Notes under the pieces: model-generated
What the model was told of the DNA's origin: nothing
Database searches by the model: none
Seen by the model: only the letters and a program-made list of their open reading frames with translations
Source of the DNA: an uncultured Clostridia bacterium
GTDB taxonomy: Bacteria; Bacillota; Clostridia; Christensenellales; UBA1242
DNA: 64,000 nucleotides
NCBI GenBank assembly: GCA_934757865.1
Contig: CAKVLS010000003.1
Location: 67,180-131,179 of the forward strand
Reading direction: 5' to 3'
In this document: piece by piece, positions 10,299-19,137 of the stretch
How the letters are laid out: each line of letters begins with the position of its first letter
Numbering within the stretch: position 1 is the first letter of the stretch
Translations under genes and position numbers: made by a program

Positions 10299-10314
10299 GG
10301 GACACAAATGTCCC
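10299..10314 (+). promoter_or_regulatory. inverted repeat GGGACA-caaa-TGTCCC in the 5' region of the lipoprotein gene
   Basis: Perfect 6-bp arms located 23 nt upstream of the ATG. A half-site-like TGGGGACAAAT is repeated at 10204-10214. Confidence 0.3.
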
Positions 10315-10336
10315 TAAATAAAAAAGGAAGAAAAAA

Positions 10337-12760
10337 ATGAAAAAGAAAACAATTTCTAGCATTGCATTATCAATAGCAGCAGCTGCTGGTGCATTTGGTT
10401 TTGCAGGCTGCGGTAACAATGGTGGAGATCCACAACACTACAACATTATCTTTACTAACTCTACCAACCCACCAACATTGTCAGCACTACTTGCCATCAA
10501 GAGTGATGACCCAACTTATGCCTACGTTCAAAGAGGCAATACATACTATGGTATAGAAGATACTAAGAACTTTACTAATATCGGTTTTAATATCGACAAG
10601 CAAACTAACCCAGTAACTCAAGCTGAGGTTGCTAAAGTATCTGATGCTGTTAAACAAATAGCAAGAAAGAAGAAAAACTCAACTTTCACTATCTATGTAA
10701 CAGATTACAACGCATATGGCGCATTTGCAGCTGCTTATCAAGCAGGTCTTGACGATGACGACTTTAACGTTGTTATGGTAGAAGATGGTACTGGCTCTTA
10801 TAATCATTCAAATATTTCTTATGTAGCTGGTAAAACAACTGAGACTTCAGATGCTGCATTTGAAGCAACTATCCAAAGTGCAAAAGACAATGTTGCAGCA
10901 CTAAAAAAGAACCCTAATGCTCTAGGTACTACAGTATCTATGCAAGATTATGATGCATGGGCAGGTCTTGCTACTCTAAACAATGCATCTTTCCATACAG
11001 TAGCAATCCAAACATACAAAACACAATTTGAGACTGCTGGTCTTACAGACACATTATTCTATAAAGCAATCAATAACGAATCATCTACAGGTTATAACCT
11101 TAAGATGACAGAAGGTACTTCTGCAGTATTATACGAAGGATTGACCGCTGCTCAAAAGAGCGAATATCTAAAACTTATCGGTGGTGACAGAGTAGTTGCT
11201 ACACTAAGAAGAACACAAGATATTAAGGGCAACCCAGTTTCATCTAAAAAATTCGTAATCGTAGGTTCTCGTGCTAAGAGTAATACAATGTCAATGATGC
11301 CTGATATCACATCAGCAAGCGAGCTTATTGCTTATGACGATATTGCAACAAGCGGTAGCGATGCTCTAAAAGAAGTAGTAAGCGTTGTATTTACTAACAA
11401 AGATGACTATAATCAAGTTCTAACTATTCTTAACGACGAGAAGAGCGCCTTCACAGATGCTCAAAAAGTTGCTGCATTTAACCTATTTGCAGAAAATAAA
11501 TTTATGTTCCAAATCATAGCTAACTACTATGGTAATGATAGAGACCTTATCTTCAAAGGTCACCCATCAGAAGTTGTAACAGATAAAGCACAATGGAAAA
11601 CAAACCACTATCCATGTGGCACTGATGGAAACTTTGTAGACGCTATCTACAATCTAGTAGATAACTTCTTCAAAAACGATAGCCTAGGTTCAAGAATCGG
11701 CGTAGCTATCGGTGGTTGCGATATGTCTAACTATGCATTCTTTGGCGACCTAGATTATTCTATCGGTGGTATGTCATCATCTACATATGCAAGTTATAAC
11801 AAAAAGACTCCAGTTGACTTAATAATGTATAGTGGTGCTGGCACTTCATACAATGGTGCAGCTGCTAGATACCTAGAAGGTACTCTAAAAGATACTGACG
11901 GCGAGGTAACAACATACCTAAACACTGGTTCTATGTATCAATTACTAGGAAAAGAAGAAAAACTACAAGCTTGGCTTGTAAAAACTTTTGGCGTTTCTGC
12001 AGAGAACGCAGCTAACTATGGCGTAAACAAACAAGGTTTCGTAGCTAAGAGAAGCGTTGAAGAAGGCGTAACAAAGATCACTAACATTAGCAGAAATGTT
12101 GTTGTAAACTATGCTGACGGAACAACTGATAGTGCAACCAAAGCTTATGCTAATGGTGATGTATTAACACTTCCTACACCAACAAGAGAAGGATATACTT
12201 TCATGGGTTGGTACAATGGAACTGCTAAACAACCTTCTGTAGTTGTATTTAATACAATCCAAGAAACAGAATTGACAATCACTGCAAAATGGGCAAAGAA
12301 TTATGATGTTACATTCAAGGCATCAAAAGACGGCGATGTAATCACTACAAAAACTGTTCCAGAGGGCGCAGACCTTGCTGAACTTTCTAAAGATCTTAAG
12401 AATCCAGCCGCTGTTGAGGGCAAAACTTATAGACTAGTATGGCACAATGCAGCAGATGATGCAGTTGTAACAACTATGCCATCAAGCGATGTTACTCTAT
12501 ATGCAGAGTGGGTTGAGACTGTAACTGTAAAATATAGCCTAAAGAAAGGCGGCACAGAAGCTAGAGTTGTAGTTGATGCTAACAAAACTTGGAAAGATGT
12601 TGTTAATGCTATTAACGCAATCAAAGGTATCAAAAATCCAGATGGTACAGAAACTGTAGTAACTGGCTTGAAATTTGCTGAGAATGATAGTGCTGTTACT
12701 CTAGAAGCAACTGTAGACGCAACAAAAGTTGTATACGCAGTTTGGACTTCTGCTGAATAA
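10337..12760 (+). CDS. surface lipoprotein: GT80 (PmST1-type) sialyltransferase-like domain plus C-terminal Listeria-Bacteroides (Flg_new) repeats
   Basis: Signal peptide with lipobox FAGC (Cys25). The E149-D150-G151, FKGH409P410 and GGMS480S481S blocks parallel the DDG, KGHP and GGVASS motifs of PmST1. C-terminal LPTPTREGYTFMGWYNG-type repeats. Confidence 0.6.
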   Translation: MKKKTISSIALSIAAAAGAFGFAGCGNNGGDPQHYNIIFTNSTNPPTLSALLAIKSDDPTYAYVQRGNTYYGIEDTKNFTNIGFNIDKQTNPVTQAEVAKVSDAVKQIARKKKNSTFTIYVTDYNAYGAFAAAYQAGLDDDDFNVVMVEDGTGSYNHSNISYVAGKTTETSDAAFEATIQSAKDNVAALKKNPNALGTTVSMQDYDAWAGLATLNNASFHTVAIQTYKTQFETAGLTDTLFYKAINNESSTGYNLKMTEGTSAVLYEGLTAAQKSEYLKLIGGDRVVATLRRTQDIKGNPVSSKKFVIVGSRAKSNTMSMMPDITSASELIAYDDIATSGSDALKEVVSVVFTNKDDYNQVLTILNDEKSAFTDAQKVAAFNLFAENKFMFQIIANYYGNDRDLIFKGHPSEVVTDKAQWKTNHYPCGTDGNFVDAIYNLVDNFFKNDSLGSRIGVAIGGCDMSNYAFFGDLDYSIGGMSSSTYASYNKKTPVDLIMYSGAGTSYNGAAARYLEGTLKDTDGEVTTYLNTGSMYQLLGKEEKLQAWLVKTFGVSAENAANYGVNKQGFVAKRSVEEGVTKITNISRNVVVNYADGTTDSATKAYANGDVLTLPTPTREGYTFMGWYNGTAKQPSVVVFNTIQETELTITAKWAKNYDVTFKASKDGDVITTKTVPEGADLAELSKDLKNPAAVEGKTYRLVWHNAADDAVVTTMPSSDVTLYAEWVETVTVKYSLKKGGTEARVVVDANKTWKDVVNAINAIKGIKNPDGTETVVTGLKFAENDSAVTLEATVDATKVVYAVWTSAE

Positions 12761-12779
12761 GAAATTGTTTTCAATACTA

Positions 12780-12808
12780 AAAAAGGGTTGGGAAACCAAC
12801 CTTTTTTA
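12780..12808 (+). terminator. intrinsic terminator
   Basis: GGTTGG-gaaa-CCAACC hairpin followed by a T-run. Confidence 0.7.
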
Positions 12809-12866
12809 GTATGAGAAAGCGTTTTTATATGTTATACTTGAAGGGAATTCAAAGGAAAAATTTTTT

Positions 12867-14087
12867 ATGAAGACTTTTTTTAGAAAAATAGGAAACTTTT
12901 TTTGCAGCATAGGTAAAGGCATCGCAAATGGTTTCAAATGGATGTTTAGTAATAAACTAGTAGTAATGCAAATTTTGAGAGAGGCGACAGTAACACTTGC
13001 ACCTATTGTATTGTTTGTAGCCTTTCCATTACACTATCTTTTGAAATATTTGGCAAAAGATAGTATGATAGCTTTGAAGATTGGGCTAGGGGGTTGCCTA
13101 CTTCTTGCTGTATACTTTATCTTGAGTGCGGTGTATTATTTGCTAAAAGCTCTTGACAACAAAAAATTAAAGCAAGTTGAACAAGAGATGAAAGAAAAGA
13201 AAGAAGAAGCTGCTCAAAAGTACGAAGAAGAAAAAGCCGAGAGAAAGAACAAAGCTTTAGAGATACAAGAAGATGCAAAAGTTGAAAAGGTGGAAGAAAA
13301 AGAACCTGAAAAACCTGTTGAACCAAAAGCTCCTAAGAACTTTTTCCAAAAAGTTTTTGGATTCTTGTCTTTTAACGAAAATACTATCAAGATAGTTACT
13401 TCTAGTATTTGCGGTGTTTTTGGACTTGTTTTGTTCTGCTTTATGTTCTGCGATATAGAATATTGGGATGTTTACTATTTCTATACACTTTTCTTGTGGT
13501 GCATGTTTGGATACAGTGTTGTAGAACTTATTTTGAGCCATAACAAAAAGACCGCAATTACAATGGCGATTGTCGATGTTGCACTTTTGGTACTTCTTAT
13601 CATAGTAACACCTAAGGCTCACTCAATGTATTTCGATTTGGCCGCTTACACCAACACTAACGAGTATGACATTTATATGCTTATTATTTCATTTATCTTT
13701 ATGCTGCCTCTAAGAGTAGGTATGGCTAATGGATATTTGGAAAAAACAAAAAGAACAAGAAATGTGGCTTTGGGACTTTTGTGCCTTGCTGCAGGTATAA
13801 TCATGTACTATACACCTATGGTTACTAAGATTTTGAATGACTCATACATCGGCGTGCCTGTAATTGAGAGATTATACAACCAAATGATTCCTTATAAAGC
13901 AATGGGTTTTGTGTTTATTGGCGTGTTAGTTATAACAACTATCAATATTTCTGCTAACCTTATTCACTATTTTAAGAAAAGAAACTTCCTTGGTATCTTT
14001 GACCTTGCATGTGGTGTGACTGGACTAGTTCTTGCATGCTACGCAATGAATGTTATGTCAAATTATCTAATACTATTTGGAAGATAA
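12867..14087 (+). CDS. membrane protein with Lys/Glu-rich coiled-coil linker, function unknown
   Basis: 406 aa. N-terminal TM helices, a charged segment (KKEEAAQKYEEEKAERKNK...), then at least 6 TM helices. Confidence 0.6.
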   Translation: MKTFFRKIGNFFCSIGKGIANGFKWMFSNKLVVMQILREATVTLAPIVLFVAFPLHYLLKYLAKDSMIALKIGLGGCLLLAVYFILSAVYYLLKALDNKKLKQVEQEMKEKKEEAAQKYEEEKAERKNKALEIQEDAKVEKVEEKEPEKPVEPKAPKNFFQKVFGFLSFNENTIKIVTSSICGVFGLVLFCFMFCDIEYWDVYYFYTLFLWCMFGYSVVELILSHNKKTAITMAIVDVALLVLLIIVTPKAHSMYFDLAAYTNTNEYDIYMLIISFIFMLPLRVGMANGYLEKTKRTRNVALGLLCLAAGIIMYYTPMVTKILNDSYIGVPVIERLYNQMIPYKAMGFVFIGVLVITTINISANLIHYFKKRNFLGIFDLACGVTGLVLACYAMNVMSNYLILFGR

Positions 14088-14104
14088 AATGAGTTAATAA
14101 TTTT

Positions 14105-14146
14105 CAGCTCCTTGAGATTTTCGGGGGCTGATTTTTATTTTTTTTA
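14105..14146 (+). terminator. intrinsic terminator
   Basis: CAGCTCC / GGGGCTG stem with one G-U pair, followed by a T-rich run. Confidence 0.55.
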
Positions 14147-14214
14147 GGATAATCTTTTTAAGATATTTTGAGCGGTAAAAATTATAGGGCAATTTTAGTT
14201 TTTTATAAAAAGTG

Positions 14215-14243
14215 TTGACAAGTAGATTCTATAGTCGTATAAT
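14215..14243 (+). promoter_or_regulatory. consensus sigma-70 promoter (TTGACA-17-TATAAT) of the aspS-gatCAB operon
   Basis: Both hexamers are perfect and the spacer is 17 nt. Confidence 0.7.
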
Positions 14244-14271
14244 GTGGGTATTAAAAGGACATAAATATTAA

Positions 14272-14319
14272 ATGATTCTAGTTAACGATAACGACAATAA
14301 TAACGATGACACAATTTAG
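14272..14319 (+). CDS. leader peptide MILVNDNDNNNDDTI (Asn/Asp-codon rich)
   Basis: The ATG is preceded by AAAGGA. Nine of 15 codons are Asn or Asp. It lies between the promoter and an intrinsic terminator upstream of aspS. Confidence 0.6.
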   Translation: MILVNDNDNNNDDTI

Positions 14320-14324
14320 TAAGG

Positions 14325-14390
14325 TTGGGTTTTTATTGCCGCGGGGTTAAATGAATTGATTTTATAACACTTTTGGTAAATAAAAACCAA
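14325..14390 (+). promoter_or_regulatory. putative antiterminator helix (14325-14337 pairs with 14379-14390)
   Basis: TTGGGTTTTTATT is complementary to AATAAAAACCAA (12 bp, one bulged G). This overlaps the loop and the start of the 3' arm of the attenuator terminator. Confidence 0.4.
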
Positions 14391-14403
14391 AAGTGTTTTT
14401 TTA
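14366..14403 (+). terminator. attenuator terminator in the aspS leader
   Basis: AACACTTTTGG / CCAAAAGTGTT forms an 11-bp stem with a 10-nt loop and a T7 run, ending about 33 nt before the aspS ATG. Confidence 0.7.
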
Positions 14404-14435
14404 ATGAAATTTTTAGAAAAAAAGAGGACAAAAAA

Positions 14436-15725
14436 ATGACTAGTATAGCACAATTACAACTAGGAAAAGTAAAGGTTAGCGGTTGGATAGAAAGAATCCG
14501 TGACCAAAAAAGTATGCAGTTTATCGTCATCAAAGACAGAAGCGGTAAAGTGCAAATAACAGTCGAAAAAGAAAAATTACCAGAAGTAGCTGCAATATTC
14601 AGCGGACTTACAACAGACTCATTTATCACGGTCGAAGGTGACCTTGTAGCTAATGAGTGGGTTAAAATGGGCGGAAGAGAAATTCTTCCTACAAGTGTAG
14701 TAGTTGAGAGCAAGGCAGAAGTTTCTCCAATAGATAGCGAAAGCTCTATCGACCAAAGACTAGACTATCGTTGGATAGACCTAAGAGATAGCAAAAAGCG
14801 TCTAATTTTTGAAGTTCAAACAGCTCTTATGAAAGGTATGAGAGACTACTGCTACGACAATGGCTTTATCGAAGTTCACTGCCCAACAATCAGCGGTAAC
14901 GAGAGTGAAAGCGGCGCAGGTGTATTTGAGGTTAAATATTTTGACCGCAAGGCATACCTTATCCAAAGCCCACAATTCTATAAACAAATGGCAATCGCTG
15001 GTGGCTTTGAAAAAGTATTTATCGGCACACCTATTTATAGAGCAGAGAACTCACACACAAAACAACACACTACTGAGTTTACTGGTTTTGACCTTGAGTT
15101 TGCTGGCGTAAACGATGTAGAAGATGTAATGAAAGTTGAAGAGGAACTAATTCACGCTGGTATCAAATTTGTAGCCGAAAAATACGGCGCTAGAGTAAAA
15201 GAAGAGCTTGGCGTAGATATAGTAGTCCCTAGCCTACCTTTCCCAAGAATCACTATGAAAGAGGCTTATAAGATACTAGCCGAAGAGTGCCATTATCCAC
15301 TAGAAGAGGGTGATGACCTTGATAGAGAAGCTGAAAGACTTCTTTGCGAATACATGATCAAAAAGACTGGTCACCAATTCTTCTTCGTCAAAGAGTACCC
15401 AGCAGGCGTTAGACCTTTCTACTCAATGAAAAAACCTGACGACCCAATGTATACTAAGACTTATGACCTATACTTTAAGGATGTCGAGATCACTAGCGGC
15501 GCTCAAAGAGAGCACAGAGCAGATATTCTAGAAGCACAAATTAGAGAAAAGGGTATCAACCCAGATACTATGAGAGAATCATATATTGATTTCTTCAAAT
15601 ATGGCTGCCCTCCACACGGTGGATTTGGTATGGGTGTAGATAGATTAACAATGCTACTACTTGACCTTCCAAACCTAAGAGAGGCTATGTTCATATTCCG
15701 TGGTCCAGATAGATTAAGACCATAA
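14436..15725 (+). CDS. aspS: aspartate--tRNA ligase, compact archaeal/eukaryal type (probably non-discriminating)
   Basis: 429 aa, class IIb. QSPQFYKQM and RAENSHTKQHTTEFTGFDLEF match the arch/euk AspRS blocks QSPQLYKQM and RAE(D/N)SNTHRH-TEFTGLD-E rather than AsnRS. Start at the ATG after AGAGGA. gatCAB follows directly downstream. Confidence 0.8.
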   Translation: MTSIAQLQLGKVKVSGWIERIRDQKSMQFIVIKDRSGKVQITVEKEKLPEVAAIFSGLTTDSFITVEGDLVANEWVKMGGREILPTSVVVESKAEVSPIDSESSIDQRLDYRWIDLRDSKKRLIFEVQTALMKGMRDYCYDNGFIEVHCPTISGNESESGAGVFEVKYFDRKAYLIQSPQFYKQMAIAGGFEKVFIGTPIYRAENSHTKQHTTEFTGFDLEFAGVNDVEDVMKVEEELIHAGIKFVAEKYGARVKEELGVDIVVPSLPFPRITMKEAYKILAEECHYPLEEGDDLDREAERLLCEYMIKKTGHQFFFVKEYPAGVRPFYSMKKPDDPMYTKTYDLYFKDVEITSGAQREHRADILEAQIREKGINPDTMRESYIDFFKYGCPPHGGFGMGVDRLTMLLLDLPNLREAMFIFRGPDRLRP

Positions 15726-15759
15726 AAAATTGCCACACGGCATAAAGGAGCGAAAAAAG

Positions 15760-16050
15760 ATGAGTAAACAATTAACAATCAAAGATGTAAAACATTTAGC
15801 GGACTTATCTGCACTAAATTTTAGTGAAGAAGAGCTTGAGGCGTTTTTGCCAGAGATAAATAATACACTTAATATGATAAATAAGATTGAAAACTTTGAG
15901 ACCGAAAAAGAGTATGTCTTTGATAATATCGTACCTGTCGAAAGTCTTAGAGAAGATGTTGTAGGCGAAAGCATGAGCCAAGAAAAAGCTCTTGCCAACG
16001 CCCCAAAACAAAGAAAAGGGTGCTTCAATGTGCCAAGGGTGGTAGAATAA
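15760..16050 (+). CDS. gatC: Asp/Glu-tRNA amidotransferase subunit C
   Basis: 96 aa, with the pattern IKDVKHLADLSALNFSEEELEAF...LREDV...NAP...F.VP.V. Confidence 0.9.
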   Translation: MSKQLTIKDVKHLADLSALNFSEEELEAFLPEINNTLNMINKIENFETEKEYVFDNIVPVESLREDVVGESMSQEKALANAPKQRKGCFNVPRVVE

Positions 16051-17471
16051 TGTTAAGTGTAATAGAAATTGTACAAGGTGTTAAGAGCGGAAAACTCAAA
16101 AGCCAAGAGCTCGTTAAACACTATTTTGAAAACATAGATAAATATAGTTATAAAAATGCAGTATTAGAAAAATTTGATGATGCGCTAGATAGAGCAAGAG
16201 AAATAGACCAAAAAGCCTCTCGTGGCGAAAAGCTAGGAAGACTTGCGGGCGTTCCTATACTAATCAAAGATAACATTATGTACGAGGGCAAAACTGTTTC
16301 TTGTGCGTCAAAATTTCTAGAAAACCATAAAGCCCAATACTCAGCTACTGCTGTACAAAAATTACTTGCAGAAGATGCTGTAATTATAGGTAGAGCTAAC
16401 ATGGACGAATTCGCCATGGGTAGCAGCTGCGAGAACTCTGCGTTTGGTCCATGCCTAAATGCTCTTGATGATAAAAAAGTTGCTGGCGGTAGCTCTGGTG
16501 GTAGTGCAGTGGCGGTAGCTCTTGACCTATGCGCAGCAGCACTTGGTAGCGATACTGGTGGCTCTATCCGTCAACCTGCATCACTAAACGGTGTAGTTGG
16601 TATAAAAGGTAGCTACGGCAGAGTATCAAGATACGGACTAGTCGCCTTTGCTAGTAGCCTAGACCAGATAGGACCTATAACAAGAAGTGTAGAAGATAGC
16701 GCACTACTTCTAGAAGTTATGTCAGGCGAAGACTCTCATGATATGACCTCAGGACACGAAAAAGTTGGAAAATACCTAGAAGACCTAAAACCTCAAATAA
16801 AGGGCAAAAAGGTCGGTATTATAAGACAAGTAGACGGACTTCTTGATGGCAGTAAGTACAAGGCAAAGTTTGAAAAGCTAGTTGCCTTCCTAAAAGCTCA
16901 AGGTACTGAGGTAAAAGTAGTAGATATTAAGGGTTACGAGATGTCACTACCTATCTACTATGTAATAGCTCCAGCAGAAGCAACCTCTAACCTTGGTAGA
17001 TTTGACGGAGTTAAATACACAAGAAGAAGTGAAAGTGCCAAGAACATAGGTGAAGTTTACGAACTAAGCCGTACAGAGGGCTTTGGCAAAGAAGTAAAGA
17101 GAAGAATAATGCTAGGCAACTTTGTGCTTAGTAGCGGCTATTATGATGCTTATTATGTAAAAGCAAAAAAGATTCAACAAGCATTGTCAAAAGAGTTTGA
17201 AAAAGCCTTTGAAGATGTAGATGTCATTGTTATGCCTACTACATTTGGAGAGGCTTTTGATATAGGCTCAAAACAAGACCCAACAGCTATGTACGCAGAG
17301 GATATGTTTACTATCATATCTAACTTAGTTGGCGTTCCTGCCATAAGCATACCATACAGCAAGGGTGAGAGTGGTCTTCCACTAGGCGTCCAAATAATTG
17401 GCAAAAAGTGGGACGAGCAACAAGTCTTTGATGTTGCAAGCTATATAGAAAAATTTTATAAGGAGGACTAA
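16050..17471 (+). CDS. gatA: Asp/Glu-tRNA amidotransferase subunit A
   Basis: Amidase signature GGSSGGSAVAVA...GSDTGGSIRQPA. The TAATG overlap indicates coupling with gatC. Confidence 0.95.
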   Translation: MLSVIEIVQGVKSGKLKSQELVKHYFENIDKYSYKNAVLEKFDDALDRAREIDQKASRGEKLGRLAGVPILIKDNIMYEGKTVSCASKFLENHKAQYSATAVQKLLAEDAVIIGRANMDEFAMGSSCENSAFGPCLNALDDKKVAGGSSGGSAVAVALDLCAAALGSDTGGSIRQPASLNGVVGIKGSYGRVSRYGLVAFASSLDQIGPITRSVEDSALLLEVMSGEDSHDMTSGHEKVGKYLEDLKPQIKGKKVGIIRQVDGLLDGSKYKAKFEKLVAFLKAQGTEVKVVDIKGYEMSLPIYYVIAPAEATSNLGRFDGVKYTRRSESAKNIGEVYELSRTEGFGKEVKRRIMLGNFVLSSGYYDAYYVKAKKIQQALSKEFEKAFEDVDVIVMPTTFGEAFDIGSKQDPTAMYAEDMFTIISNLVGVPAISIPYSKGESGLPLGVQIIGKKWDEQQVFDVASYIEKFYKED

Positions 17472-17474
17472 AAC

Positions 17475-18908
17475 ATGAAAGATTACGATGTGGTAATAGG
17501 TCTAGAAATTCACGCCGAACTAAAAACCAACACCAAAGTTTTTTGCAGCTGCAAAAACGCCTTTGGTTCGGAGCCTAACACTAATGTATGTCCAGTTTGT
17601 ATTGGTCTTCCAGGAACACTTCCTATCATTAACAAAAAAGCCGTTGAACTTGCTATCAAAGCAGGTCTTTGTATGGGGTGCGAAATCTCTCCGGTAGCTG
17701 TTTTTGAGAGAAAAAACTACTTTTATCCCGATCTATGTAAAGCTTACCAAATAAGCCAGTTACAAAAACCTATTTGTCTAGGCGGCGGTATAAAACTTGA
17801 TAGCGGCAAGTTTATTAGACTAAACCGTATCCATCTAGAAGAAGATGCTGGTAAACTTATCCATGTAAACTCAACTGTCGGCACACTTATCGACTACAAC
17901 CGTGGCGGAGTACCACTTATAGAGATAGTCACAGAGCCTGATATCACTTGTGCCGAAGAGGCTGTTGAGTTTCTTGCTAAGTTAAAAAGTAACCTTATCT
18001 TTGGAGGCATAGCAGATTGCCGTATGGAACAAGGTGGTATGAGATGCGATGTTAACTTGTCTGTTAAACCTAAGGGTAGTGACAAGCTAGGCACTCGTAC
18101 TGAGATGAAAAACTTAAACTCATTTAAGATGGTTCAAAGAGCAATTAAGTACGAAGCCAAGAGGCAAATAGAAGTCCTTGAAGAGGGCGGAACTATCAAA
18201 CAACAAACAAGAAAATGGGACGACAACCGTAACAAGAGCTTCACTATGAGAAGCAAAGAAGAGGCTCAAGATTACAGATACTTCCCAGACCCTGATATTC
18301 TATCGATTTCTATCAGTAGAGAGCTTGTAGACCATATTAAAGGCGAAATTCCACGCCTTGCGCCTGAGAGAAGAGCTTATTATATGGAGACTCTAGGCTT
18401 GCCGGAATATGATAGCAAAATATTAACTTCTGAGTACTATATAGCCGAGTATTTTGAGGCATGCCTTGCGGCTTTTGATAAGCCAAAAGTTGTGTCTAAC
18501 TGGGTTATGACCGAAGTTTTGCGTAAGCAAAAAGAGAGTTTGACTGAGGACCTGAACACCGTTATAAGTGTTAAGAACTTAGTTGATATAATGAAAATGG
18601 TCGAAGATAAAACTATCACCCGTAGTAACGGCAAAGAACTTTTTGAGCTAGTCGCTTTTAGTGGCAAAGACGCTCGCAAGACTGCCGAAGAAGAGGGTAT
18701 GATAGTTAAGTTTGATGAGGGCGCTTTGACCAAAACAATTGATGAAGTGTTTGAGCAAAATGCCAAAGCTGTGCCCGACTACAAAAAAGACCCAGAAAAA
18801 GTTACTAACTTCTTCATAGGTCAAACTATGCGTATGACCAAAGGCACTGCTAAGATAGAGTTTATTAAGCCAATTATTATAAAAAGACTTGAAGAACTAA
18901 ACAAGTAG
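17475..18908 (+). CDS. gatB: Asp/Glu-tRNA amidotransferase subunit B
   Basis: VIGLEIHAEL, CPVCIGLPGTLP, EEDAGK and a YqeY-like C-terminal tail. Confidence 0.95.
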   Translation: MKDYDVVIGLEIHAELKTNTKVFCSCKNAFGSEPNTNVCPVCIGLPGTLPIINKKAVELAIKAGLCMGCEISPVAVFERKNYFYPDLCKAYQISQLQKPICLGGGIKLDSGKFIRLNRIHLEEDAGKLIHVNSTVGTLIDYNRGGVPLIEIVTEPDITCAEEAVEFLAKLKSNLIFGGIADCRMEQGGMRCDVNLSVKPKGSDKLGTRTEMKNLNSFKMVQRAIKYEAKRQIEVLEEGGTIKQQTRKWDDNRNKSFTMRSKEEAQDYRYFPDPDILSISISRELVDHIKGEIPRLAPERRAYYMETLGLPEYDSKILTSEYYIAEYFEACLAAFDKPKVVSNWVMTEVLRKQKESLTEDLNTVISVKNLVDIMKMVEDKTITRSNGKELFELVAFSGKDARKTAEEEGMIVKFDEGALTKTIDEVFEQNAKAVPDYKKDPEKVTNFFIGQTMRMTKGTAKIEFIKPIIIKRLEELNK

Positions 18909-18961
18909 TCAAATATTTATAAAAATAAATAAAAAAACAAAAGTTATTATTGTCAAATAAA

Positions 18962-18998
18962 AAAGAGACTTGCGGGAAATCCGCAGCCTCTTTTTTTA
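18962..18998 (+). terminator. intrinsic terminator after gatB
   Basis: Imperfect GAGACTTGCGG / CCGCAGCCTC stem followed by a T7 run. Confidence 0.55.
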
Positions 18999-19091
18999 TT
19001 GCTAAGTAATGTATGTTATCAACTTTTGTTGGCTTATAATCAAAATAATGAATAATATGTTTATAAATATAAATCAATTTAGTATTTTTAA

Positions 19092-19120
19092 TTGCAAAAA
19101 GCTTTTTCTTTGGCTACAAT
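19092..19120 (+). promoter_or_regulatory. sigma-70-like promoter (TTGCAA-17-TACAAT)
   Basis: Hexamers with a 17-nt spacer, located 18 nt upstream of the XRE gene start. Confidence 0.55.
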
Positions 19121-19137
19121 GTATTTAGGAGAAAATT

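Noticed and set aside
14250-14435. T-box riboswitch upstream of the aminoacyl-tRNA synthetase operon
   Set aside because: The region is under 190 nt. I could not find a T-box consensus (AAnnGGGTGGTACCGCG-like), an AG bulge or GNUGGA elements, or a specifier-loop architecture. The leader ORF and simple alternative helices explain it better. A cmsearch would be decisive.
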